From Asterias rubens (Eukaryota): a DNA stretch of 64,000 nucleotides. The DNA is taken from contig NC_047071.1 in the NCBI RefSeq assembly GCF_902459465.1, forward strand, positions 5,332,001 through 5,396,000, written 5' to 3'. The position numbers and the translations under genes were made by a program. The notes under the pieces were generated by a model. The model was not told the DNA's origin, ran no database searches, and saw nothing but the letters and a program-made list of their open reading frames with translations. Shown here one piece after another: positions 51,751 through 63,928 of this stretch (its first letter is position 1; every line of letters begins with the position of its first letter).

Positions 51751-52347
51751 CTACTTCTTTGGCTTGGTGGTCTTCTTCGGCTTTGCTGCTTTGGTGGCCT
51801 TCTTTGCCTTTGGCTTTGGACTCTTTGCGGCTTTGCTGGGCTTGGCGACTTTCTTTGATGGCTTGGCTGCTGTTTTCTTGGCTGCAACTTTCTTGGTGGG
51901 TGTCTTCTTGACGATTTTCTTTGGAGTCTTCTTCTTGGTTATCTTGGTTTTCTTGGCCTTCTCCTTCTTGGCTGCGGCTTTCTCTGCTTTCTTGGCTTTC
52001 ATCTCTGCTTTCTTTGCTTGATCCTTCTCTTTCTTGGCCTTGGCTCGTTCTTTGACCTTCTCCGCCTGTTCCTTGGCCTTGTCCTTTGCTGGGTCCAATT
52101 TGAATGAACCGGAAGCTCCCTTGCCCTTGGTCTGGATAAGAACTCCCTTCTGCACACCGGTATTGAGGGCTTTTCGGATGAAAACGGCCTGCCTGTCCAT
52201 GTCGACTTGGAATGTGTCCTTGATGTACTTTCTGATGGCTTGACTGGACGAACCGTTTTTCTCCTTCAGTGCCACGATAGCGGCAACCACCATCTTGATT
52301 GCTGGAGGGTGGGCCCGAACGGTTGCAGACTTTTTCACGGTAGCCAT
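51751..52347 (-). CDS. H1: Histone H1, copy 8
   Basis: Intact ORF. Confidence 0.95.
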   Translation of the reverse strand: MATVKKSATVRAHPPAIKMVVAAIVALKEKNGSSSQAIRKYIKDTFQVDMDRQAVFIRKALNTGVQKGVLIQTKGKGASGSFKLDPAKDKAKEQAEKVKERAKAKKEKDQAKKAEMKAKKAEKAAAKKEKAKKTKITKKKTPKKIVKKTPTKKVAAKKTAAKPSKKVAKPSKAAKSPKPKAKKATKAAKPKKTTKPKK

Positions 52348-53411
52348 GATGATAGAGAGAGATGATGCGAGGGAATCGTTTCGTAAGAAGCTTTACAGCG
52401 AGCAATACTGATGAGACCCACCGGACCGTCAGCCTTTTTCAAGGGTCACGGGTGGCTCTGAGCAGCCCCTGGGTCCATTCACGCTGCTCAATCAACCGGC
52501 GAGGCTCGGCGGTTCGCGTGGAGCTGGAATTTACTCCAATATTAGTGTGTTTCATTTTTCTTCTGATTTGCAAAATTCTTGTTTAAAATAGCATCGGACA
52601 ATTTCCCCATAACTGTAGATGTGTTGGTCAAGTTCTAACCTTTCCATGCATACAATTTTCTTTTACGAGGTCTCAATATCTAAGCCTGAAACGACCACTA
52701 TGAAATGACATTGTTTCCGATAGTGAAATTTTATTCATTTTTTTGTCGCATATAATGTTACATCGATTTATGTAACATGTGATTATTGCTTCAAATAATG
52801 ATGATGATCTTAGCAAGTCAATTAATCCAATCACGCAATAGTTGTTGTAAAATTGTCTTGCGACAATTTCGAGAAACAAACTCGTTTTTGTTATTTGGGC
52901 ATTATTGGTGCTTAAGGCAGTGGAGTCGCATGCAAGTTGATACATTCTTACTATTTCCGCCCTTCTGTGTACCCCCCCGTGTCTCTACTGCCCCCTTCAA
53001 AAAACAAACAAACAAACTAACAAACACCGCATAGTTATGTAAATTGGTACGTTTGTTTACATCAAATTCATCGTGTTTCGCCATTTTGTTTTGTTGCATA
53101 ATGCCCCCCCCTACATCACCGCTGCTTTTATGTAAGCTTGTGGGTTTGTTTTTATTAGATCCATCGTTTTTCGCCATTTTGTTTCTGTTACATAGTGTTT
53201 TTGATCAAACTAGTTACTTATTTATGTAATGTTTATGTATTTAATATTTTGGATGTATTTTTTTTATCGAAACAAATAAATTATCTGCCGATGTGATTAT
53301 TTAATTTTTCAATTATTTTTCCTAGACAAATGCAGGTGATAGTCTCTTTTTGTAAGTTGTGGCTCTGAAAAGAGCCGTTTGGTTTGGTTGATTGTCCCGG
53401 GTGGGAACTGA

Positions 53412-54008
53412 CTACTTCTTTGGCTTGGTGGTCTTCTTCGGCTTTGCTGCTTTGGTGGCCTTCTTTGCCTTTGGCTTTGGACTCTTTGCGGCTTTACTGG
53501 GCTTGGCGACTTTCTTTGATGGCTTGGCTGCTGTTTTCTTGGCTGCAACTTTCTTGGTGGGTGTCTTCTTGACGATTTTCTTTGGAGTCTTCTTCTTGGT
53601 TATCTTGGTTTTCTTGGCCTTCTCCTTCTTGGCTGCGGCTTTCTCTACTTTCTTGGCTTTCATCTCTGCTTTCTTTGCTTGATCCTTCTCTTTCTTGGCC
53701 TTGGCTCGTTCTTTGACCTTCTCCGCCTGTTCCTTGGCCTTGTCCTTTGCTGGGTCCAATTTGAATGAACCGGAAGCTCCCTTGCCCTTGGTCTGGATAA
53801 GAACTCCCTTCTGCACACCGGTATTGAGGGCTTTTCGGATGAAAACGGCCTGCCTGTCCATGTCGACTTGGAATGTGTCCTTGATGTACTTTCTGATGGC
53901 TTGACTGGACGAACCGTTTTTCTCCTTCAGTGCCACGATAGCGGCAACCACCATCTTGATTGCTGGAGGGTGGGCCCGAACGGTTGCAGACTTTTTCACG
54001 GTAGCCAT
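53412..54008 (-). CDS. H1: Histone H1, copy 9 (A121V)
   Basis: Intact ORF. Confidence 0.95.
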   Translation of the reverse strand: MATVKKSATVRAHPPAIKMVVAAIVALKEKNGSSSQAIRKYIKDTFQVDMDRQAVFIRKALNTGVQKGVLIQTKGKGASGSFKLDPAKDKAKEQAEKVKERAKAKKEKDQAKKAEMKAKKVEKAAAKKEKAKKTKITKKKTPKKIVKKTPTKKVAAKKTAAKPSKKVAKPSKAAKSPKPKAKKATKAAKPKKTTKPKK

Positions 54009-55073
54009 GATGATAGAGAGAGATGATGCGAGGGAATCGTTTCGTAAGAAGCTTTACAGCGAGCAACACTGATGAGACCCACCGGACCGTCAGCCTTTTT
54101 CAAGGGTCACGGGTGGCTCTGAGCAGCCCCTGGGTCCATTCACGCTGCTCAATCAACCGGCGAGGCTCGGCGGTTCGCGTGGAGCTGGAATTTACTCCAA
54201 TATTAGTGTGTTTCATTTTTCTTCTGATTTGCAAAATTCTTGTTTAAAATAGCATCGGACAATTTCTCCATAACTGTAGATGTGTTGGTCAAGTTCTAAC
54301 CTTTCCATGCATACAATTTTCTTTTACGAGGTCTCAATATCTAAGCCTGAAACGACCACTATGAAATGACATTGTTTCCGATAGTGAAATTTTATTCATT
54401 TTTTTGTCGCATATAATGTTACATCGATTTATGTAACATATGATTATTGCTTCAAATAATGATGATGATCTTAGCAAGTCAATTAATCCAATCACGCTAT
54501 AGTTGTTGTAAAATTGTCTTGCGACAATTTCGAGAAACAAACTCGTTTTTGTTATTTGGGCATTATTGGTGCTTAAGGCAGTGGAGTCGCATGCAAGTTG
54601 ATACATTCTTACTATTTCCGCCCTTCTGTGTACCCCCCCCCCCCCCGTGTCTCTACTGCCCCCCTTCAAAAAACAAACAAACAAACTAACAAACACCGCA
54701 TAGTTATGTAAATTGGTACGTTTGTTTACATCAAATTCATCGTGTTTCGACGTTTTGTTGCATAATGCCCCCCTACATCACCGCTGCTTTTGTGTAAACT
54801 TGTGGGTTTGTTTTTATTAGATCCATCGTTTTTCGCCATTTTGTTTCTGTTACATAGTGTTTTTGATCAAACTAGTTACTTATTTATGTAATGTTTATGT
54901 ATTTATTAGTTTGGATGTATTTTTTTTATCGAAACAAATAAATTATCTGCCGATGTGATTATTTAATTTTTCAATTATTTTTCCTAGACAAATGCAGGTG
55001 ATAGTCTCTTTTTGTAAGTTGTGGCTCTGAAAAGAGCCGTTTGGTTTGGTTGATTGTCCCGGGTGGGAACTGA

Positions 55074-55670
55074 CTACTTCTTTGGCTTGGTGGTCTTCTT
55101 CGGCTTTGCTGCTTTGGTGGCCTTCTTTGCCTTTGGCTTTGGACTCTTTGCGGCTTTGCTGGGCTTGGCGACTTTCTTTGATGGCTTGGCTGCTGTTTTC
55201 TTGGCTGCAACTTTCTTGGTGGGTGTCTTCTTGACGATTTTCTTTGGAGTCTTCTTCTTGGTTATCTTGGTTTTCTTGGCCTTCTCCTTCTTGGCTGCGG
55301 CTTTCTCTACTTTCTTGGCTTTCATCTCTGCTTTCTTTGCTTGATCCTTCTCTTTCTTGGCCTTGGCTCGTTCTTTGACCTTCTCCGCCTGTTCCTTGGC
55401 CTTGTCCTTTGCTGGGTCCAATTTGAATGAACCGGAAGCTCCATTGCCCTTGGTCTGGATAAGAACTCCCTTCTGCACACCGGTATTGAGGGCTTTTCGG
55501 ATGAAAACGGCCTGCCTGTCCATGTCGACTTGGAATGTGTCCTTGATGTACTTTCTGATGGCTTGACTGGACGAACCGTTTTTCTCCTTCAGTGCCACGA
55601 TAGCGGCAACCACCATCTTGATTGCTGGAGGGTGGGCCCGAACGGTTGCAGACTTTTTCACGGTAGCCAT
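55074..55670 (-). CDS. H1: Histone H1, copy 10 (K76N, A121V)
   Basis: Intact ORF. Confidence 0.95.
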   Translation of the reverse strand: MATVKKSATVRAHPPAIKMVVAAIVALKEKNGSSSQAIRKYIKDTFQVDMDRQAVFIRKALNTGVQKGVLIQTKGNGASGSFKLDPAKDKAKEQAEKVKERAKAKKEKDQAKKAEMKAKKVEKAAAKKEKAKKTKITKKKTPKKIVKKTPTKKVAAKKTAAKPSKKVAKPSKAAKSPKPKAKKATKAAKPKKTTKPKK

Positions 55671-56439
55671 GATGATAGAGAGAGATGATGCGAGGGAATC
55701 GTTTCGTAAGAAGCTTTACAGCGAGCAACACTGATGAGACCCACCGGACCGTCAGCCTTTTTCAAGGGTCACGGGTGGCTCTGAGCAGCCCCTGGGTCCA
55801 TTCACGCTGCTCAATCAACCGGCGAGGCTCGGCGGTTCGCGTGGAGCTGGAATTTACTCCAATATTAGTGTGTTTCATTTTTCTTCTGATTTGCAAAATT
55901 CTTGTTTAAAATAGCATCGGACAATTTCCCCATAACTGTAGATGTGTTGGTCAAGTTCTAACCTTTCCATGCATACAATTTTCTTTTACGAGGTCTCAAT
56001 ATCTAAGCCTGAAACGACCACTATGAAATGACATTGTTTCCGATAGTGAAATTGTATTCATTTTTTTGTCGCATATAATGTTACATCGATTTATGTAACA
56101 TATGATTATTGCTTCAAATAATGATGATGATCTTATCAAGTCAATTAATCCAATCACGCAATAGTTGTTGTAAAATTGTCTTGCGACAATTTCGAGAAAC
56201 AAACTCGTTTTTGTTATTTGGGCATTATTGGTGCTTAAGGCAGTGGAGTCGCACTAATATTTATGTATTTAATATTTTGGATGTATTTTTTTTATCGAAA
56301 CAAATAAATTATCTGCCGATGTGATTATTTAATTTTTCAATTATTTTTCCTAGACAAATGCAGGTAATAGTCTCTTTTTGTAAGTTGTGGCTCTGAAAAG
56401 AGCCGTTTGGTTTGGTTGATTGTCCCGGGTGGGAACTGA

Positions 56440-57036
56440 CTACTTCTTTGGCTTGGTGGTCTTCTTCGGCTTTGCTGCTTTGGTGGCCTTCTTTGCCTTT
56501 GGCTTTGGACTCTTTGCGGCTTTGCTGGGCTTGGCGACTTTCTTTGATGGCTTGGCTGCTGTTTTCTTGGCTGCAACTTTCTTGGTGGGTGTCTTCTTGA
56601 CGATTTTCTTTGGAGTCTTCTTCTTGGTTATCTTGGTTTTCTTGGCCTTCTCCTTCTTGGCTGCGGCTTTCTCTGCTTTCTTGGCTTTCATCTCTGCTTT
56701 CTTTGCTTGATCCTTCTCTTTCTTGGCCTTGGCTCGTTCTTTGACCTTCTCCGCCTGTTCCTTGGCCTTGTCCTTTGCTGGGTCCAATTTGAATGAACCG
56801 GAAGCTCCCTTGCCCTTGGTCTGGATAAGAACTCCCTTCTGCACACCGGTATTGAGGGCTTTTCGGATGAAAACGGCCTGCCTGTCCATGTCGACTTGGA
56901 ATGTGTCCTTGATGTACTTTCTGATGGCTTGACTGGACGAACCGTTTTTCTCCTTCAGTGCCACGAAAGCGGCAACCACCATCTTGATTGCTGGAGGGTG
57001 GGCCCGAACGGTTGCAGACTTTTTCACGGTAGCCAT
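56440..57036 (-). CDS. H1: Histone H1, copy 11 (I24F; 32-bp promoter deletion)
   Basis: Intact ORF; deletion junction TACTGATGA|CACGGG at 57103/57104. Confidence 0.92.
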   Translation of the reverse strand: MATVKKSATVRAHPPAIKMVVAAFVALKEKNGSSSQAIRKYIKDTFQVDMDRQAVFIRKALNTGVQKGVLIQTKGKGASGSFKLDPAKDKAKEQAEKVKERAKAKKEKDQAKKAEMKAKKAEKAAAKKEKAKKTKITKKKTPKKIVKKTPTKKVAAKKTAAKPSKKVAKPSKAAKSPKPKAKKATKAAKPKKTTKPKK

Positions 57037-58078
57037 GATGATAGAGAGAGATGATGCGAGGAAATCGTTTCGTAAGAAGCTTTACAGCGAGCAATACTGA
57101 TGACACGGGTGGCTCTGAGCAGCCCCTGGGTCCATTCACGCTGCTCAATCAACCGGCGAGGCTCGGCGGTTCGCGTGGAGCTGGAATTTACTCCAATATT
57201 AGTGTGTTTCATTTTTCTTCTGATTTGCAAAATTCTTGTTTAAAATAACATCGGACAATTTCCCCATAACTGTAGATGTGTTGGTCAAGTTCTAACCTTT
57301 CCATGCATACAATTTTCTTTTACGAGGTCTCAATATCTAAGCCTGAAACGACCACTATGAAATGACATTGTTTCCGATAGTGAAATTTTATTCATTTTTT
57401 TGTCGCATATAATGTTACATCGATTTATGTAACAAATGATTATTGCTTCAAATAATGATGATGATCTTAGCAAGTCAATTAATCCAATCACGCAATAGTT
57501 GTTGTAAAATTGTCTTGCGACAATTTCGAGAAACAAACTCGTTTTTGTTATTTGGGCATTATTGGTGCTTAAGGCAGTGGAGTCGCATGCAAGTTGATAC
57601 ATTCTTACTATTTCCGCCCTTCTGTGTACCCCCCCCCCCCCGTGTCTCTACTGCCCCCCTTCAGAAAACAAACAAACAAACTAACAAACACCGCATATTT
57701 ATGTAAATTGGTACGTTTGTTTACATCAAATTCATCGTGTTTCGCAATTTTGTTTTGTTGCATAATGCCCCCCCCCCCCTACATCACCGCTGCTTTTATG
57801 TAAGCTTGTGGGTTTGTTTTTATTAGATCCATCGTTTTTCGCCATTTTGTTTCTGTTACATAGTGTTTTTGATCAAACTAGTTACTTATTTATGTAATAT
57901 TTATGTATTTAATATTTTGGATGTATTTTTTTTATCGAAACAAATAAATTATCTGCCGATGTGATTATTTAATTTTTCAATTATTTTTGCTAGACAAATG
58001 CAGGTAATAGTCTCTTTTGTAAGTTGTGGCTCTGAAAAGAGCCGTTTGGTTTGGTTGATTGTCCCGGGTGGGAACTGA

Positions 58079-58677
58079 CTACTTCTTTGGCTTGGTGGTC
58101 ATCTTCGGCTTTGCTGCTTTGGTGGCCTTCTTTGCCTTTGGCTTTGGACTCTTTGCGGCTTTGCTGGGCTTGGCGACTTTCTTTGATGGCTTGGCTGCTG
58201 TTTTCTTGGCTGCAACTTTCTTGGTGGGTGTCTTCTTGACGATTTTCTTTGGAGTCTTCTTCTTGGTTATCTTGGTTTTCTTGGCCTTCTCCTTCTTGGC
58301 TGCGGCTTTCTCTGCTTTCTTGGCTTTCATCTCTGCTTTCTTTGCTTGATCCTTCTCTTTCTTGGCCTTGGCTCGTTCTTTGACCTTCTCCGCCTGTTCC
58401 TTGGCCTTGTCCTTTGCTGGGTCCAATTTGAATGAACCGGAAGCTCCCTTGCCCTTGGTCTGGATAAGAACTCCCTTCTGCACACCGGTATTGAGGGCTT
58501 TTCGGATGTGAAAACGGCCTGCCTGTCCATGTCGACTTGGAATGTGTCATTGATGTACTTTCTGATGGCTTGACTGGACGAACCGTTTTTTTCCTTCAGT
58601 GCCACGATAGCGGCAACCACCATCTTGATTGCTGGAGGGTGGGCCCGAACGGTTGCAGACTTTTTCACGGTAGCCAT
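58079..58677 (-). CDS. H1: Histone H1, copy 12, with an apparent 2-bp frameshift at ~58508 (pseudogene or sequencing error)
   Basis: 599 nt versus 597; CGGATGTGAAAACGG versus consensus CGGATGAAAACGG. Confidence 0.65.
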
Positions 58678-59740
58678 GATGATAGAGATAGATGATGCGA
58701 AGGGAATCGTTTCGTAAGAAGCTTTACAGCGAGCAATACTGATGAGACCCCACGGACCGTCAGCCTTTTTCAAGGGTCACGGGTGGCTCTGAGCAGCCCC
58801 TGGGTCCATTCACGCTGCTCAATCAACCGGCGAGACTCGGCGGTTCGCGTGGAGCTGGAATTTACTCCAATATTAGTGTGTTTCATTTTTCTTCTGATTT
58901 GCAAAATTCTTGTTTAAAATAGCATCGGACAATTTCCCCATAACTGTAGATGTGTTGGTCAAGTTCTAACCTTTCCATGCGTACAATTTTCTTTACGAGG
59001 TCTCAATATCTAAGCCTGAAACGACCACTATGAAATGACATTGTTTCCGATAGTGAAATTTTATTCATTTTTTGTCGCATATAATGTTACCTCGATTTAT
59101 GTAACATATGATTATTGTTTCAATAATGATGATGATCTTGAGCAAGTCAATTAATACCAGATCACGCAATAGTTGTTGTCAAATTGTCTTGCGACAATTT
59201 CGAGAAACCAACTCGTTTTTTGTTATTTGGGCATTTATGGTGCTTAAGGCAGTGGAGTCGCATGCAAGTTGATACATTCTTACTATTTCCGCCCTTCTGT
59301 GTACCCCCCCGTGTCTCTCTACTGCCCCCCTTCAGAAACAAACAAACAAACTAACAAACACCGCATAGTTATGTAAAATTGGTACGTTTGTTTACATCAA
59401 ATTCATCGTGTTTCGCCATTTTGTTTTGTTGCATATGCCCCCCTACATCAACCGCGCCTTTTTTGGTAAACTTGTGATTTTGTTTTTTATTAGATCCATC
59501 GTTTTTTCGCCATTTTGTTTCTGTACATAGTGTTTTTGATCAAACTAGTTACTTATTTATGTAATGTTATGTATTTAATATTTTGGATGTATTTTTTTTA
59601 TCGAAACAAATAAATTATCTGCCGATGTGATTATTTAATTTTCAATTATTTTTCCTAGACAAATGCAGGTAATAGTCTCTTTTGTAAGTTGTGGCGCGAA
59701 AGAGCCGTTGGTTTGGGTTGATTGTCCCGGTGGGAACTGA

Positions 59741-60234
59741 CTACTTCTTTGGCTTGGTGGTCTTCCTTCGGCTTTGCTGCTTTGGTGGCCTTCTTTGCCT
59801 GTTGGCTTGGGACTCTTTGCGCTTTGCTGGGCTTTGGCGACTTTCTTTGATGGCTTGGCTGCTGTTTTCTTGGCTGCAACTTTCTTGGTGGGTGTCTTCT
59901 TGACGATTTTCTTTGGAGTCTTCTTCTTGGTTATCTTGGTTTTCTTGGCCTTCTCCTTCTTGGCTGCGGCTTTCTCTGCTTTCTTGGCTTTCATCTCTGC
60001 TTTCTTTGCTTGATCCTTCTCTTTCTTGGCCTTGGCTCGTTCTTTGACCTTCTCCGCCTGTTCCTTGGCCTTGTCCTTTGCTGGGTCCAATTTGAATGAA
60101 CCGGAAGCTCCCTTGCCCTTGGTCTGGATAAGAACTCCCTTCTGCACACCGGTATTGAGGGCTTTTCGGATGAAAAATGAAAACGGCCTGCCTGTCCATG
60201 TCGACTTGGAATGTGTCCTTGATGTACTTTCTGA
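59741..60234 (-). CDS. H1: Histone H1, copy 13, partial, many indels, 5' end in the N gap
   Basis: Clear homology; low-quality sequence at the contig end. Confidence 0.6.
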
Positions 60235-60404
60235 NNNNNNNNNNNNNNNNNNNNNNNNNNNNNNNNNNNNNNNNNNNNNNNNNNNNNNNNNNNNNNNNNN
60301 NNNNNNNNNNNNNNNNNNNNNNNNNNNNNNNNNNCTACTTTGTTTGGGTAAATTTGTCTGTAGACTTTTAAACCAAACAATTTATTAACAATACTGGAAG
60401 TGTT

Positions 60405-60490
60405 GGGGCTGAGCGGTATGTAAGAGCACCGAATTCAAACTATAGTGTTTATGATAAGCAGAGGGTGGGTTCAAATCCCCAGCCATGACA
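60405..60490 (+). mobile_element. Possible tRNA-related SINE head
   Basis: GGGGCTGAGCGGT…GGTTCAAATCCC A/B-box-like motifs. Confidence 0.35.
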
Positions 60491-60872
60491 AGACACTGGA
60501 CGCTATTGGTAATTGTCAAAGACTAGTCTGCTCACTTGCTGTATCTCAACATATGCATAAAATAACAAACCTCTGAAAATTTGAGCTCAATTGGTCATCG
60601 AAGTTGAGATAAAAATGAGAAAAAGAAGAAAAAAAACACTGTCACACGAAATTGTGTGCTTTCAGATGCTTGATTTCAAGACCTCAAATTCCTAATGTTA
60701 GTTCTCAAAATTAAATTTGCGGAAAATTAATTCTTTCTCAAAAACTATGTCACTTCAGAGGGAGCCGTTTCTCACAATGTTTTATACTATCAACCTCTCC
60801 CCATTACTCATTACCAAGAAAGGTTTTACACTAATAATTATGTTGAGAAATTACCAATAGTGTCCACTGCCT
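60491..60872. mobile_element. Kolobok-like MITE
   Basis: Family body; right TIR ATTACCAATAGTGTCCACTGCCT|TTAA. Confidence 0.75.
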
Positions 60873-61581
60873 TTAAGCAAGACACTTAACCATTGCTTCA
60901 TCATTTGACGGCCAATTGGTCCTGTGTTTTGTGTAATGCACGAAAAAGAACCAAGTGCGCTTATCAAAAAGAGAAGGTGTTTGCCCTCGTGTTCCTGCCT
61001 GAGTTGGCAGCAGCACCACAGGACACTGTAAAACATCACATGGTGCTATGTTTAAGGAGTAGATCTCATTGTTCAAACACAGTTCGCACATACCTTGAAG
61101 AAAATACTGTATGATTAAGTGCTTTGAGTTGCCTTTGGATGTATATACTATTCTTACAGTTTCCACCATAAGTAAAAGTAACATACTCCTTACACTCATA
61201 AAACATTTCAATTATTAATGACACAATGTAAGACTTACTTACTTTAGCAAGGACTGTTTGAGGTGCTGCTTTCGCAGAGATTTGTCTGTAACTTTATGCC
61301 TCCTCTGCAAATGCTGGCTCATATACACTGTCCACACCCTGCAGAGGGGACATTTGCGCGTTTTTCTTGGCTGAACATAAAAGAAAAAAAACACAATAAA
61401 AAGACAAATGAATGAACAGACGCTAATCTATTTTTCTCAGAAAAAGAGCATGAAAAAGCTTGAGATCTCATCATTGCTAGAATTCGTAGTATCTTCAAAT
61501 TGAGTTTTAACTCCTTTTTTAAGAAATGAGCATAACAAATCACAGAAAAAAGGTTTGTCTCAGTGAGACTTTATTATTTAA

Positions 61582-61917
61582 AGGCAGTGGACACTATCGG
61601 TAATTACTCAAAATAATTATTGGCATAAAACCTCATTTGGTAACGAGTATTGGGGAGAGGTTGATAATTTTGAGAAAGAAGTTATTTTCCACGAATTTGA
61701 TTTCGAGACCTCAAGTTCAGAACTTGAGGTCTCGAAATCAAGCATCTGAAAGCAAACAACTTTGTGTCATATGGGTGTTTTTTACTTTCATTATTATCTC
61801 GCAACTTTGACGACCAATTGAGCTCAAATTTTCACAGGTTTGTTATTTAATACATATGTTGAGTCACACCAAGTGAGAAGACTGGTCTTTGACATTTACC
61901 AATAGTGTCCACTGTCT
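61582..61917. mobile_element. Kolobok-like MITE
   Basis: TTAA|AGGCAGTGGACACTAT…ATAGTGTCCACTGTCT|TCAA. Confidence 0.75.
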
Positions 61918-62498
61918 TCAAGCATTTTAAGCATGCATTTACGCATACCAGTTATTATCGTGACATGGTTTTATTCATCTTTCAGTTAATAATGTTTTTA
62001 TATGTATTATCTTGTACATTTACGGTGGATTTAACCATTTGTACCATTTTGTCAAGTAATCGTTATTATTTTCATATTATTGTATGTTTGTATATTCTCT
62101 AAATATTTTTATATGGAGTTGGTCTACTGTTGTAATTGCCTGTAAGGGATGATTAATTCTTTTTTAATTGAATTGAATTGAATAAGTAAATCACCTCAGC
62201 AAGTAATATTTTAATTATCATTATCTTCAACCCATTTACGATGGGTTGTGTGTCATCAACCAAATCCTTCAAGAGAGGCTCCAATCTTAGTTCCAGTTTG
62301 GGTACCAATTAATGTTTAACTAGCTAGAGTTCTCATCAAATGAAAAGACAAATTTTAGACCAAGGAGAAGTCTTTAATGTACAGTAAAAAGGAAGGCGAG
62401 GTGATTCACTAATTTTCCAGGCTGCTGAGTTTCACTTATGTCACCACCAAATAAAATACAAAATAAATAAAAATTCAAAATGATTATGTAATATTTAC

Positions 62499-63047
62499 AC
62501 TTTTTTGGATCCATCATCATCTTCTTCATCTCTATCCTCACGTCGATCCTCGTTGTCTCCATCATCTTCAAAGTCCTCGTCGTCTGCATCATCCTCGTCG
62601 TCTGCATCATCTTCATCGTCCTCGCCTGCATCATCTTCATAGTCCTCGTCTGCATCATCTTCATCGTCCTCGTCTGCATCATCTTCATAGTCCTTGTCGG
62701 CATCATCTTCATAGTCCTCGTCTGCATCATCTTCATAGTCCTCGTCACGATGATCTTGGTCGTCTGCATCATCTTCAAAGTCCTTGTCACGTCGATCCCT
62801 GTCGTCTCCATCATCTTCAAAGTCCTCGTCGTCTGCATCATCTTCATCGTCCTTGTCTGCATCATCTTCATAGTCCTTGTCACGTCGATCCCTGATGTCT
62901 GCATCATATTCATAGTCCTCGTCACGTCGATCCCTGTCGTCTGCATCATCTTCATAGTCCTCGTCACGTTGATCTTTGTCGTCCACATCATCATCAACAT
63001 CTTCCTCTTCCTTATCTACATGATCGTCATCCCCATCTTTCCTGGCA
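62499..63047 (-). CDS. Exon encoding a ~183-aa Asp/Glu-rich repeat (DEDYEDDA and DDRDRRDEDYEDDA units) of an unidentified gene
   Basis: Pyrimidine tract + CTCCAG acceptor at 63049-63048, in phase 2 with the upstream micro-exon. Ends either at donor GT|GTAAAT (62499) or at stop KKV* (62495). Confidence 0.6.
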
Positions 63048-63880
63048 CTGGAGAACAAAGGAGAAACTATAGGGTAAACTGTGGTAAAAACGCCCACCTG
63101 ACATGTTTCTACCTTAACTAAAAAATTACAAGATGAATTATTGAATGGGATTTATTTCTATTGAGTAGCCCTTGTATAAAAACTAATAATACAAAGGCTA
63201 TCTCCAATTCCAAAGGAGTCTCTTACCGAAAAAAGTTTGAAAATCGATTTTGTCCCACTTCGGGTAGATCCGGAAGTGGAGGTCAACTTGAGGTCACGTG
63301 TTTTCAAAATTAGTCTATAACTACAGTCTAAAAATCGAGTACTTCTTAAGATATGGTCCCACTTCCGGGTGAAAAATCTTGACGGTAGGTCGGAACAGCT
63401 AATAAAAATCTAGACGAAAACAAAACCTGTTTGACGGTAGGTCGGAACATCTTATAATAAAGACACTAACAAATCTGGAAGAAAATAACACCTATTCTGA
63501 TAGTAGGCCAGAACAGTTAAAAAATACTTATTTCGGTTACAGTATTTCCATCTTGGTTTTTTCCAGTCTCCCTTTTAATAATTTTTTGTTTTTCCAAACT
63601 TGATATTTTTTAGCAGGTTTGGGGTTTTAATGTGTGATGTGTGTTTGGGCTGCTCAAATAAAACAGACTGCTATTTCAACTGATCAATACAATGATAACC
63701 CATATGAGCTTTATCATCAAGAAATATTACACACTGATTTATTAGCGAATCACAAAAACGATTATGACAGGAGGGCAACTAATGAAGCATTCAGAACAAA
63801 CAAATATTAGATGATATTGGTAGTAAACTAATCTGTTGACCAAAAATAAGGTGAAGAAGATCATTCTAAATCTAAATTAC

Positions 63881-63928
63881 CTTTTCTCCTGCTCGTTGTG
63901 ATCAGTTGCCTCATCAGCAATAGGGGAG
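63881..63928 (-). CDS. 48-nt exon (SPIADEATDHNEQEK) of the same gene
   Basis: TTTGTTTAAG acceptor, AG|GTAATT donor, no stop in the phase 2 frame; splices in frame to 63047. Confidence 0.5.

Larger units (their letters stand above)
39925..60234 (-). repeat. Tandem array of histone H1 genes, ~1.66-kb unit, 13 copies, right end in an assembly gap
   Basis: ATG-to-ATG distances of 1657-1668 bp for intact units (1375, 1366 and 1634 where the spacer has deletions). No core-histone ORF in the spacer. Confidence 0.97.

Noticed and set aside
40694-57148. Recurrent 247-279-aa same-strand alternative-frame ORFs and 60-100-aa antisense ORFs over each H1
   Set aside because: Expected by-products of the T-poor, AAG/GCC-rich H1 coding strand. 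They start at non-ATG codons, resemble no domain, and are broken by indels that leave H1 intact.
58079-60234. Frameshifts and a broken stem-loop in H1 copies 12-13 as true pseudogenisation
   Set aside because: Indels rise sharply toward the contig end and cluster in homopolymers, consistent with low-coverage long-read error. Cannot be decided without raw reads.
62374-63121. MKMMQT-repeat ORF (62374-63000 -) and hydrophobic antisense ORF (62750-63121 +)
   Set aside because: Alternative frames of the same nucleotide repeat. Only the Asp/Glu frame is in phase with the acceptor and the upstream micro-exon.
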